Assembly (NCBI GenBank): GCA_004347965.1
Contig: QNVF01000012.1
Location: 1-33,353, forward strand
DNA: 33,353 nucleotides
Reading direction: 5' to 3'
DNA from: Candidatus Nezhaarchaeota archaeon WYZ-LMO8
GTDB lineage: Archaea > Thermoproteota > Methanomethylicia > Nezhaarchaeales > WYZ-LMO8
The notes beneath the pieces were generated by a model, which saw nothing but the letters and a program-made list of their open reading frames with translations, was not told the origin of the DNA and ran no database searches. Of the stretch, positions 1 through 8,053 are shown in pieces. Position numbers and translations under genes: made by a program. Every line of letters starts with the position of its first letter. Positions within the stretch are counted from its first letter, which is position 1.

Positions 1-2
1 AG

Positions 3-614
3 TGTTGCGCCAAACTCTCCCAACGCTTTAGCCCAAGATATGAGGGCTGCTCCAAGAATGCCTCGCTTAGCAGCTGGCAACGTTACATATAGGAAAGTCT
101 CCAACTCCGTGTATCCAAATGTCCGAGCAACTCTTTCATAGCGAGCAGGTACTCCATCGAAAGTCTCTTTTAGGAGCTTTATTGTTAAAGCGCTTATTAC
201 AGCTAATTGGGCTACGATGATCCCCGGGACCTCGAAGACAATCCTTACAACACTTTCATTTATGAACATACCTAGAGGATTTCTCGCGAAGAAAATAAGT
301 AGCATAACTCCTAGTGCGACTGGAGGAACTGCTATAGGTACGTCTAGGAAGCCTTCAATCACGGTTTTCCCCCGAAATTCGAGACGAGATAGAGCGTAAG
401 CTACTGGAATGCCGATGACTAGGGAGATTAAAGTTGAACATGTAGCGGTAAAGATTGAGAGGGAGAGAGCGAACCTTACTTCATCGGAGATAAAAGCATA
501 TGCGAGCTGCCAAGGATCAACAAAGATTGCTGGCGATGTAAAGACGCATATGAAGAATATCAAAATGAGTATTAAGAAGGAGAACACTACGACTCTGAAC
601 ACATTGGGCTTCAT
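3..614 (-). CDS. modB: Molybdate/tungstate ABC transporter permease (3' end runs off the window)
   Basis: Not in the ORF track. Manual translation from ATG at 614 gives MKPNVFRVVVFSFLILIL...IGIPVAYALSRLEFRGKTVIEGFLDVPIAVPPVALG...WAKALGEFGAT, with ModB/CysT permease motifs. Starts 1 nt after the modA stop. Confidence 0.9.
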   Translation of the reverse strand, partial: MKPNVFRVVVFSFLILILIFFICVFTSPAIFVDPWQLAYAFISDEVRFALSLSIFTATCSTLISLVIGIPVAYALSRLEFRGKTVIEGFLDVPIAVPPVALGVMLLIFFARNPLGMFINESVVRIVFEVPGIIVAQLAVISALTIKLLKETFDGVPARYERVARTFGYTELETFLYVTLPAAKRGILGAALISWAKALGEFGAT

Positions 615-615
615 G

Positions 616-1479
616 CTACCCAAGCTCCTCAATTATTGCATTTGGAGCATAGGCTCTAGCTTCCTCTAATGTCGAGAAGTATCCATACTTTGCCCAAACG
701 CCATGCATGTCCTGTGAAGTTAAGAAGTCTAGAAACTTCTCGGCAAGAACTTTATTTTTACTATATGTTGACACTGCTCCAGCTATGTAGCCTATCTTCG
801 GGATCTTATTTGGTTCGATCCACACGATGTCAGCCTTCTCGGGGTTCCAATAATGGAAAACGTGCCACCCGATTACGGCATCCACAGTACCAATGTAGAT
901 TAGCTGAGCCGTCGCCTCGCAGCTAGCCGCGTAAACAGCAATATTCTTACTAACAGCTTCCCAAAGCCCATTTATCTCTAAAAGCTCCTTAGCGTAAAGA
1001 CCGACACAAACAGATTTAGGATCAGCTATTCCAACATGGATTCCAGGTTTTGCAAGATCCTCGATTGACGTGATGTTCTTCGGATTTCCTTTCTGAACAA
1101 TGATTACTGGAACTAGATAAGCAAGTATTTTTGCTGGGTGCTCAGTAAGGTTAACAACATTCCTCTCATTTGCCAAAATAAGATATTCTGGCGAACCCGG
1201 AATATAGACGTCGCCTGTTCTTGCAATTTCCATAGACGACAGCAAACTCCCTGAGCCACCAAGCTTCAACTCAACTTTAATGCCATACTTCGATTCAAAA
1301 ATGCCAGCAGCTTCCCTATAAACGGGAGCGGCGGCTGCACCAGCGAATACGACGATCGATTGATCTGCTGGGTTGCTACCATAGAACGTATAAATGACTA
1401 CTCCAAGTGCAACTAATATGAGACCAATCAAAGGAGATATGCTCAAAAGTCTCAAATGAGACCTGCTTGGCTTCATCAA
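616..1479 (-). CDS. modA: Molybdate/tungstate ABC transporter substrate-binding protein
   Basis: N-terminal TM anchor; VFAGAA, GGSGSL, DVYIPGS, KGNPKNI and IADPKSVCVG motifs of the ModA family; adjacent to the permease. Confidence 0.9.
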   Translation of the reverse strand: MMKPSRSHLRLLSISPLIGLILVALGVVIYTFYGSNPADQSIVVFAGAAAAPVYREAAGIFESKYGIKVELKLGGSGSLLSSMEIARTGDVYIPGSPEYLILANERNVVNLTEHPAKILAYLVPVIIVQKGNPKNITSIEDLAKPGIHVGIADPKSVCVGLYAKELLEINGLWEAVSKNIAVYAASCEATAQLIYIGTVDAVIGWHVFHYWNPEKADIVWIEPNKIPKIGYIAGAVSTYSKNKVLAEKFLDFLTSQDMHGVWAKYGYFSTLEEARAYAPNAIIEELG

Positions 1480-1509
1480 TTATCGTCCTCTTATTGCTGA
1501 GAAGAGATG

Positions 1510-1551
1510 GTTATATCTTCAACCTTATAAGACCTACTGAAAACTAGTTTT
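1510..1551. promoter_or_regulatory. Divergent modA / ECF promoter region with dyad elements
   Basis: TTATA-N10-TATAA dyad at 1511-1530 overlaps a TATA-like box about 46 nt upstream of modA. Perfect 12-bp palindrome AAAACTAGTTTT at 1540-1551. Confidence 0.35.
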
Positions 1552-1676
1552 AACTTTCTATAGTTAACAATTTAATTTAAATTCATAGTAATGGCGTAGA
1601 GCTTATGGTTTCTGGAGTAATGTTTATAAGCAAATTCATATCATTAGTGTTACGAACTGATAGTTAAGGTGTTACC

Positions 1677-2315
1677 ATGCATATACCAGATGGTTTTCTA
1701 GATTTTACCACAGCTACCTTAACATATCTCGTAACCATCGGCTATGGCTATGTAGCTTGGAGGAGGTTCAAGGTCTCCTTTGCTCCTGAAAGAGTATCGC
1801 TTCTAGTTATCCTCTCAGTAGCAATATTTGTGGCTCAAATGTTGAATTGGCCTTTACCTGGAGGTACTAGCCTGCACTTTGTTGGTGGAGCATTAGCTGG
1901 AATGCTGCTTGGCCCTTTACTTGGCTTCATATCGTTAACGCTAGTTGTTGGTGTTCAATGCATCATCTTCCATGACGGTGGAATAACTACGCTTGGAGCC
2001 AACCTCTTAAACATGGCGATAATCGCGGTACTAGTAGGCTATGCAACATTCAAGTTTACCATCAAGCTCATAGGAGATAAGCGAAGCTCAAGAGCTATAG
2101 GTGCATTTGTAGGTGGATGGCTGAGTATCGTGCTAGCAGGTCTTGCGTGTGGTCTTGAGATAGGTTTGTCACCAGCATTTGGCTTTTACATTGACGTCAC
2201 AGTCCCAGTAATGGTTGGATGGCATGCAATACTAGGTGTAGTGGAAGGTGTGACAACTTCTCTCGTGATCGACTTCATTTACATGAGATTACCTATGGTG
2301 ATCTATAAGGGGTAG
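1677..2315 (+). CDS. cbiM: Ni/Co ECF transporter S component CbiM/NikM
   Basis: Signature N-terminus MHIPDG; GTSLHFVGG and HDGGITTLGAN motifs. Confidence 0.93.
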   Translation: MHIPDGFLDFTTATLTYLVTIGYGYVAWRRFKVSFAPERVSLLVILSVAIFVAQMLNWPLPGGTSLHFVGGALAGMLLGPLLGFISLTLVVGVQCIIFHDGGITTLGANLLNMAIIAVLVGYATFKFTIKLIGDKRSSRAIGAFVGGWLSIVLAGLACGLEIGLSPAFGFYIDVTVPVMVGWHAILGVVEGVTTSLVIDFIYMRLPMVIYKG

Positions 2316-2324
2316 GGATAAAAC

Positions 2325-2636
2325 ATGAGCACCCTCATTAAGAGCAAGAAGACTTGGATAACGGTAATAGTACTGTTAATTCTAAGCCCAATATTTGGTG
2401 TAGTACTAGCTGATATTGTTGGCTATCATGAGCCTCTCGATCTAGCAGCTGAAGCTATAGGTCTTCGTGATATAAGCGAGGAGATAACTTGGACTCCATT
2501 CTTTGACTACAGCGTTCCCGGCTTGCCAGCTGAGATCGGCTATGTCATTAGCGGAGCTATAGGGGTTATTGCTATCACGGTAATAGGTTATGGGATCTTG
2601 AAAATGGCTGAAAAGAGAGAAGGAAGAAAGGTGTAA
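2325..2636 (+). CDS. Ni/Co ECF accessory component (NikN / PDGLE-domain type)
   Basis: Two TM helices flanking EPLDLAAE...PFFDYSVPGL; lies between the M and Q genes. Confidence 0.8.
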   Translation: MSTLIKSKKTWITVIVLLILSPIFGVVLADIVGYHEPLDLAAEAIGLRDISEEITWTPFFDYSVPGLPAEIGYVISGAIGVIAITVIGYGILKMAEKREGRKV

Positions 2637-2639
2637 TCT

Positions 2640-3431
2640 TTGCCTAAGAGCCTCTTATCATCGTTTTTAAACGGCATAGCCGATGTATTAGAGGTCTTTT
2701 CGTTTGAGAGGAAAGAAGATGCAAAGCTCTTCGATGATAGGTCTATCTCTATTTCACTCTTAATGTTAGCTATTGCTGTATCTTTCTCTAAGACCATATA
2801 TTCTCCCCTAATATTGCTCTTACTAGTAGCTGTATTAACAAGACTCTTCAAGGTGAACGTTAGATACACGCTAAAAGTAGCAGGCGTAACAGCCATCTTC
2901 GTGATTGGAGTAACGCTCCCAATGGCTTTGTACCAAGCATACCTCAGCTGTGATGTTGAGGGGGGCTTGGGCGCAAACTTAATATCAATAGTAAGTGACG
3001 TTGCCATTCCACTAATTCTAAGAGCTGTTGCTGCAGCTACGGTCGTAACGCTCATGGCTCAATGCCTAGGGCTAACAAGATTAATGAAGGTGCTTAGAGG
3101 TCTAAGGTTCCCTCCAAAGCTACTCTTCATACTAATGCTATACATCAGGTACATACCCATAATGCTAAGGCAGTTAGTAAAATTGCTTTCAGCTCGTGAA
3201 GCACGCTTATTGAGCAAGAGCAAAGTGAAGAATTCTTGGTTTATGCTGTCAACGGTTACAGGAAGCTTACTCATAATTGGGTTTGAAAGAGCCTTTAGGC
3301 TACAAATGGCCCTTAAAGCTAGAGGGCTCCATTACGATTTAATTCCAACATATTCAGGCAAAATCAGCTTACCAGACTTAGTATTCATGACACTAATGCT
3401 TGGACTAGCTTTTGTGCTGGTGTTGATGTGA
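2640..3431 (+). CDS. cbiQ: ECF transporter T component CbiQ
   Basis: Hydrophobic protein with RYIP, AREAR and ALKARG coupling motifs; TTG start. Confidence 0.85.
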   Translation: MPKSLLSSFLNGIADVLEVFSFERKEDAKLFDDRSISISLLMLAIAVSFSKTIYSPLILLLLVAVLTRLFKVNVRYTLKVAGVTAIFVIGVTLPMALYQAYLSCDVEGGLGANLISIVSDVAIPLILRAVAAATVVTLMAQCLGLTRLMKVLRGLRFPPKLLFILMLYIRYIPIMLRQLVKLLSAREARLLSKSKVKNSWFMLSTVTGSLLIIGFERAFRLQMALKARGLHYDLIPTYSGKISLPDLVFMTLMLGLAFVLVLM

Positions 3432-3432
3432 A

Positions 3433-4284
3433 ATGGGTGGAAAGGAGACCCTAAAGCCACTAATAGAGCTTAAAGATGTGTCATACACGTACCCTGATGG
3501 AACCTGTGCGCTTAAGAGGGTTAGCATTAGAATACCAGAGAAAAGCATCATCGCGATAACTGGAGCTAATGGATCCGGTAAAAGCACCTTGCTCCTGATA
3601 ATGGCCGGTCTACTAGATCCTCAAGAGGGCTGCGTCAGGTTTAGAGGTATAGACATGAAGGAGCTTGGATGCAAAGTTAGGCACGAAATAGGAATAGTCT
3701 TTCAAGACCCGGATGATCAGCTCTTCGCACCAACAGTCTACGATGACATAGCCTTCGGCTTAAGGCTTCTGAAGTTAAGCGAGAAAGAAGTTAGAGCACG
3801 CGTCTATGAAGTAGCACGTGAGCTGGGCATAGAGAGTTTACTAAGTAGACCTCCACATAGACTTAGTGGCGGTGAAAAGCGTAGGGTGGCTCTCGCCACA
3901 ACTTTGGTCTTAAATCCACCAGTACTACTCCTTGACGAACCCTTCTCAGACTTAACTTCTTACGCAGCCGAGTATTTAATGAACTTAATTGTGAGACTCA
4001 GAGATTTTGGGAGGACAATAGTCTTTACGAGCCACGATGTAGACATCGTTGCTGAGTTATCCGATTACGTCTACATCTTAGCTAAAGGCCAGTTAGTAGC
4101 TCAAGGAAAGCCTAACGAGGTTCTATGCAACGACGAACTGTTGAGCAAAGCCGAGCTTAGACCTCCAACACCAACAATTATATATAGAGAGCTTATGGGC
4201 TACGGTGATAAATGTCCCATTAAGATGTCAGAGCTTCTGTCGATACTAAACAAGGTTACAGCCCTTCATTCACATAATGAGTAA
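3433..4284 (+). CDS. cbiO: ECF transporter ATPase CbiO
   Basis: Walker A GANGSGKST, VFQDPDDQLF Q-loop, LSGGEKRR signature, LLLDEP Walker B. Confidence 0.93.
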   Translation: MGGKETLKPLIELKDVSYTYPDGTCALKRVSIRIPEKSIIAITGANGSGKSTLLLIMAGLLDPQEGCVRFRGIDMKELGCKVRHEIGIVFQDPDDQLFAPTVYDDIAFGLRLLKLSEKEVRARVYEVARELGIESLLSRPPHRLSGGEKRRVALATTLVLNPPVLLLDEPFSDLTSYAAEYLMNLIVRLRDFGRTIVFTSHDVDIVAELSDYVYILAKGQLVAQGKPNEVLCNDELLSKAELRPPTPTIIYRELMGYGDKCPIKMSELLSILNKVTALHSHNE

Positions 4285-4321
4285 TAACTCCTAAACTTTA
4301 GTTAAACAGATGAATTGTCTA

Positions 4322-4515
4322 CTATGAGGTCTTATTCTCAAGCTCGTAGCTAATTATCTCAAGGACCCAATTCTTCCAGTAACCCTCTTAGCCTTTGAGA
4401 CCTTTATCCTCATCTTAAAGGTCAGTTCATCAATCACGAAGGTGTGGTACTCTCCTCTTTCACTGCACAAGTCGAAGCCTTTGAACTATCGAAGTTCTGT
4501 CAAGTTCTTTATGAA
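4322..4515 (-). pseudogene. C-terminal remnant of a diphthine-ammonia ligase / DUF71 PP-loop ATPase (Dph6-like)
   Basis: Minus frame reads FIKNLTELR*FKGFDLCSERGEYHTFVIDELTFKMRIKVSKAKR, resembling the family C-terminal motif D-x-C-G-E-x-G-E-Y-H-T-F-V-x-D-G-P-x-F-K. It has an internal stop, no N-terminal part and an apparent frameshift near the end. Confidence 0.65.
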
Positions 4516-4899
4516 GCTTCCAAGCCCTATCAATAACGATATCTGCTATCCTCTCATTTACGCCAAGTGGTTTTGTATAGATTGTCTCTACCTCTACGCC
4601 ATTCACCTCTTTATTGTAGTGCCTAGCTCCTCTAGGTACCTTAAGTGTGTTGGGTATGCTCCTCACAATGTGAGAACCTTCAGAAACGACGACTGAAATT
4701 GTAACAACCTTCCTACAACTCTTCTCAACGATTTTGTGAAGTATGTCACTTAGCTTGGACTAGTTCACCCTTATGAATGCGTAAAACGCCTCTTCAAATG
4801 CACCTTTGCTCTTAATTATCCTTGCAAGACCTTCTAAACCTCCTTCTGTGAGAGGTTTGTGCTTCCATGTTCTATTAGTAACGCTGCTACATTCTTCAT
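4460..4899 (-). pseudogene. Sirohydrochlorin chelatase (CbiX-short / CfbA family) pseudogene
   Basis: MKNVAALLIEHGSTNLSQKEV, then a 1-nt frameshift at ~4834-4838, then LEGLARIIKSKGAFEEAFYAFIRVN*SKLSDILHKIVEKSCRKVVTISVVVSEGSHIVRSIP...IYTKPLGVNERIADIVIDRA. HGS, GxHxxxxIP and PLGxxxxIAD motifs are present; in-frame TAG at 4760-4762. Confidence 0.8.
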
Positions 4900-5016
4900 A
4901 AGCATCGTATACTGAGATTTAACTGATAACAATTTGAAACTTTCCCCGATCTACCAGCTCTTCTTCTACCTTCACTCTAGTCTCCTTCTAACTCGAGACT
5001 TCATGATCACTTGACA

Positions 5017-5625
5017 TCAACAATGAATTAATCTTATGACTTGGCTTAACGGCTTTCTTTTAGGCATCCCCGGCTTCTCAGCTGGATAACCCACTTCTAC
5101 TATTGCTTGTGGTTCGTAGTCTTCTGGCAGCTTCAAAACCTCTTTAACCTCTTCTTGAGCAAATAATGGAGCGCATCTCCAGCATCCAGCTAATCCTAGG
5201 GCGTGTAGTGCCAATAAGAAGTTCTGTATTGCAGCTGCCACACTTTGAATTCCCATTATCCACTCAGCTCTCGATCTCGCTTCATCTGGATACTTTTCTA
5301 AGTCCTCCTTAGCTAAGCAGAACAGCACTAGTATAGGGGCTTTCATGAACCTCTCAGTTGAGCTTAGAATGATGTTTTCAGCTTCATCGCGTGGTACTCC
5401 ATCATTCAACAGATCCCTCATGAACTTCTCGGACATGACGTTAATAAGTCTCTTTCTAACCTCACCCTTCCCGATAACTATGAACCTCCAAGGTTGAGAG
5501 TTGTGAGCTGATGGAGCCCAAGTAGCAGCCTCAAGAGCTCTAACCACTAGAGAAGTAGGGACATCGCGATCTTCAAAAACTCGAACGGTTCTTCTGGTCC
5601 TCAACAACTCAAATAAGCTCTCCAC
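5017..5625 (-). CDS. Nitroreductase family protein, FbiB C-terminal / FbiE-like (putative dehydro-F420 reductase)
   Basis: RRTVRVF, APSAHNSQPWRF and SVAAAIQNFLLALHALGLAGCW motifs, plus the RDLLNDG...YPDEARSRAE segment typical of the FbiB-C subfamily. Confidence 0.8.
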   Translation of the reverse strand: MESLFELLRTRRTVRVFEDRDVPTSLVVRALEAATWAPSAHNSQPWRFIVIGKGEVRKRLINVMSEKFMRDLLNDGVPRDEAENIILSSTERFMKAPILVLFCLAKEDLEKYPDEARSRAEWIMGIQSVAAAIQNFLLALHALGLAGCWRCAPLFAQEEVKEVLKLPEDYEPQAIVEVGYPAEKPGMPKRKPLSQVIRLIHC

Positions 5626-5728
5626 TCCCCGTACACCATAATTTCTTAATAAAGCCCTAAGATTCTAGCTTTCCCCTCTCACTAAGTCATTCTCTCAAAT
5701 GTGGCGTCGTGTTGATCCATTAGGCTAT

Positions 5729-6418
5729 CTAGGTCTCAACAAGTGATGTAATGTCCTTCTTTTGAGCTATGACTATGATGTGAGGGGCTGCTGAGGTACT
5801 TAATTCCCCTATCTCTTCTATGATAACTGGGATCGACGGTAATTCGATGGGAGGATGAGACACCCCGTAAACTCCTAATACTTCAAAGCCAACTTCAATT
5901 AATGTCGATCTTAGACTTTGAGGGTTAAAGCCTTGTGCCTCATGTGCCTCAATGAAGTAGCTACCAGTGCGTAAAGTTCCTATGATCGGTGTCGCAAGCT
6001 TCAATTGATCAGCTATAAAACGACTTGCACACCCCATGGTGTTCGGCGTCTCAATCATGATGATTCCTCCTCTCTTCAAAACCCTGAAGGCCTCTCTAAG
6101 CATGTGTTTGGGGTTGTTGAGGTGCTCTATCACCTCGAAGGCCGTAACCAAATCAAAGCTATCGTTGTTAAAGGGTAAAGGAGCTTCATCCAAGTTGCAC
6201 TTCAAAGTCTTTACGCCTTTCCTGCTTGCTCTAGCTAAGGCGCCTTCATCAACGTCTACACCGTAAACCTTCGAAGCTTCTATTATGTCGGCTACCTTCA
6301 TTGTTAAGTCGCCATCTCCACAACCTAAGTCTAAATAGCTCGGCTTGGAAGGCAGTAGCTCCCTTACCTTCTCAACTATAGCTCTTGGAACCCAAGACCC
6401 TAAGACCTCTGATATCAT
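5729..6418 (-). CDS. Class I SAM-dependent methyltransferase
   Basis: LDLGCGDG, YGVDVD, SFDLVTAFEVIEHL and RVLKRGG motifs. Confidence 0.88.
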   Translation of the reverse strand: MISEVLGSWVPRAIVEKVRELLPSKPSYLDLGCGDGDLTMKVADIIEASKVYGVDVDEGALARASRKGVKTLKCNLDEAPLPFNNDSFDLVTAFEVIEHLNNPKHMLREAFRVLKRGGIIMIETPNTMGCASRFIADQLKLATPIIGTLRTGSYFIEAHEAQGFNPQSLRSTLIEVGFEVLGVYGVSHPPIELPSIPVIIEEIGELSTSAAPHIIVIAQKKDITSLVET

Positions 6419-6426
6419 AATTAATG

Positions 6427-7833
6427 CTAACCCTCAACCCTCTTAACTCTTATCAATTGCTCGTCTTCTCTAAGTCCATAAGCTAAAATTACAAGGTCTC
6501 CAAGCTTAATTTCATTTATTTTCTTGAGGAACTTGAATGTCTCCTCTAGACCTTCATCGTAGTTAGATGCTTTAACTAAGTATCCTTTAACCCCCCATAG
6601 GACATTTAATTGCTTCAAAACCTTGAGATTCGGTGTTCCGACATAGAGGTCAACTGATGGTCTTAGTAGTGATGCTAGCCTTGCTGTATTACCGTGAATG
6701 CTATATATAATCAACTTGGCGCCCAAATCCTCTGCAAGAGATACTACTCCCTTAGTGAAGCTTGCCCATAAGCCTTTAACAGCTCGACGTCCAATCGTAC
6801 GTACGTCTTCTTCAGCAGCCTTGATTATTCTCTTAAGCCACTTAACAGCTTCAACCGGATATTTACCGATGGCAGTTTCCCCGGTCAACATCAATGCATC
6901 AACGCCCTCAGAAACAGCTAAGCTCACGTCGACAACCTCAGCCCTCGTTGGTACAGGGTTTTCCGTCATGGACTCTAAGAGTTGAGTTGCTATTATTACA
7001 GGTCTCTCCATGTCCATTGCTTTGTCGACTATGAGTTGTTGGAAGTGTGGGATCTTCTCTAAACCAATTACCATCCCCAAGTCTCCACGAGCTACCAGAA
7101 CAGCATCAGATGCCTCAATTATTCCTTCCAAGTTGTCTATAGCGGTCTTGGTCTCTATCTTAGCTATTATCTTGACGTCCTCGTAATTCCACCTCTTCAA
7201 TAAGCTCCTCAAGGACTCTACATCCAGCGAAGTCCTTACACAGCTCAATCCAACGTAATCGACCTTATGCTCTAAAGCGAACTTTAGGTCCTCCAAGTCC
7301 TTGCTAGTTAATGATGGGATATTGAAATCCTTGCCGGGAATCGCTAGGGCCTTTCTGGACTTTATGACGACGTCTGTGAGAGCCATCAGCTCCACATGGT
7401 TTGACGTTGCGTCGATTACCTCAAGCTTAACCCTACCGTCATCCATGACTATTAAGTCTCCAACTTCTAAGGAATCATATACCTCTTTAAGTGGTAGTGG
7501 TACCTCGCGTTTCTCCGCTTCGCCTCTATCACTTAAGATAAGCTTTACCCTCTCTCCCTTCTTAACTTGAATAACTCCATTAATATCTCCCAGTCTAATC
7601 GAGGGGCCACGTAAGTCACCTATTAATGTTAATGGTCTCTTCAAGGTCTCTTCGACCTTTACGAGGGAGTCTATTAATGACGACCAGAAGAAGTGATCCC
7701 CATGAGCAAAGTTTATCCTGAAGCCCGAGGCACCTGCTTCAGCCATTCCATATATGATTTCAAAGCTGCTTGAAGAGGGTCCTAAAGAGGCTATGATCTT
7801 AGTTCTAACATCTCTAGTCATGGTGTTTATCAT
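6427..7833 (-). CDS. pyk: Pyruvate kinase
   Basis: RTKIIASLGPSS, RINFAHG, IAKIET, VARGDLG, ATQLLESM, PTRAEVVD and LTGETAIG motifs. Confidence 0.96.
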   Translation of the reverse strand: MINTMTRDVRTKIIASLGPSSSSFEIIYGMAEAGASGFRINFAHGDHFFWSSLIDSLVKVEETLKRPLTLIGDLRGPSIRLGDINGVIQVKKGERVKLILSDRGEAEKREVPLPLKEVYDSLEVGDLIVMDDGRVKLEVIDATSNHVELMALTDVVIKSRKALAIPGKDFNIPSLTSKDLEDLKFALEHKVDYVGLSCVRTSLDVESLRSLLKRWNYEDVKIIAKIETKTAIDNLEGIIEASDAVLVARGDLGMVIGLEKIPHFQQLIVDKAMDMERPVIIATQLLESMTENPVPTRAEVVDVSLAVSEGVDALMLTGETAIGKYPVEAVKWLKRIIKAAEEDVRTIGRRAVKGLWASFTKGVVSLAEDLGAKLIIYSIHGNTARLASLLRPSVDLYVGTPNLKVLKQLNVLWGVKGYLVKASNYDEGLEETFKFLKKINEIKLGDLVILAYGLREDEQLIRVKRVEG

Positions 7834-7907
7834 GAATTACTAAGATTGACTATACTATAAGTGTTCTCCAAAGCTTTCCGGACCTTCATCTTACGAAATT
7901 GATTAGA

Positions 7908-7925
7908 GAAAAGTTTATTTTAAAA
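7908..7925 (+). promoter_or_regulatory. BRE/TATA promoter for yhhQ-queC
   Basis: GAAAAG followed by TTTATTTTAAAA; predicts a TSS at about 7942-7948, just before the GC-rich leader. Confidence 0.6.
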
Positions 7926-7942
7926 CTCAAAGTGAGCTCGTA

Positions 7943-8053
7943 GCGTTACCGGCGGGCTGAGCTCCGCCGTTACTCCAGATGCGGCGAAGCCTCGATGAGG
8001 GCTAGCCAAGGGAGAAATCAACCTCTCCCACGGAGTTGTGGGAGGTTGTCTGG
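7943..8053 (+). ncRNA. Structured 5' leader, candidate riboswitch upstream of yhhQ-queC
   Basis: GC-rich stretch in AT-rich flanks. Hairpins: CGGCGG 7950-55/CCGCCG 7964-69; GGC..AGCCT 7983-92/GGGCT.GCC 7999-8007; competing GGGAGA 8010-15/TCTCCC 8024-29 versus CAACC..TCCCAC 8019-31/GTGGGAGGTTG 8038-48, which buries the TTG start. Confidence 0.55.

Noticed and set aside
217..926. Plus-strand ORFs 217..399, 409..669 and 669..926
   Set aside because: Antisense shadows of modB/modA.
4442..4696. Track ORFs 4442..4696 (+) and 4460..4666 (-) as independent genes
   Set aside because: The minus ORF is the 3' half of the chelatase pseudogene; the plus ORF is its antisense shadow.
4760..4836. Pyrrolysine read-through or programmed frameshift rescuing the chelatase
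   Set aside because: It needs both a frameshift and a TAG read-through, other conserved residues have also decayed, and TAG is an ordinary stop for many genes in this window.
7950..8020. TPP, fluoride or preQ1-I riboswitch, or tRNA, identity for the leader
   Set aside because: CTGAG is present but the TPP CCTGAT core is not; fluoride and preQ1-I consensus features and a cloverleaf/TTCGA arm are absent by eye.
7995..8045. 17-aa N-terminal extension of YhhQ from ATG 7995
   Set aside because: Not family-like, no RBS, and the ATG sits in a hairpin loop; better explained as leader RNA.
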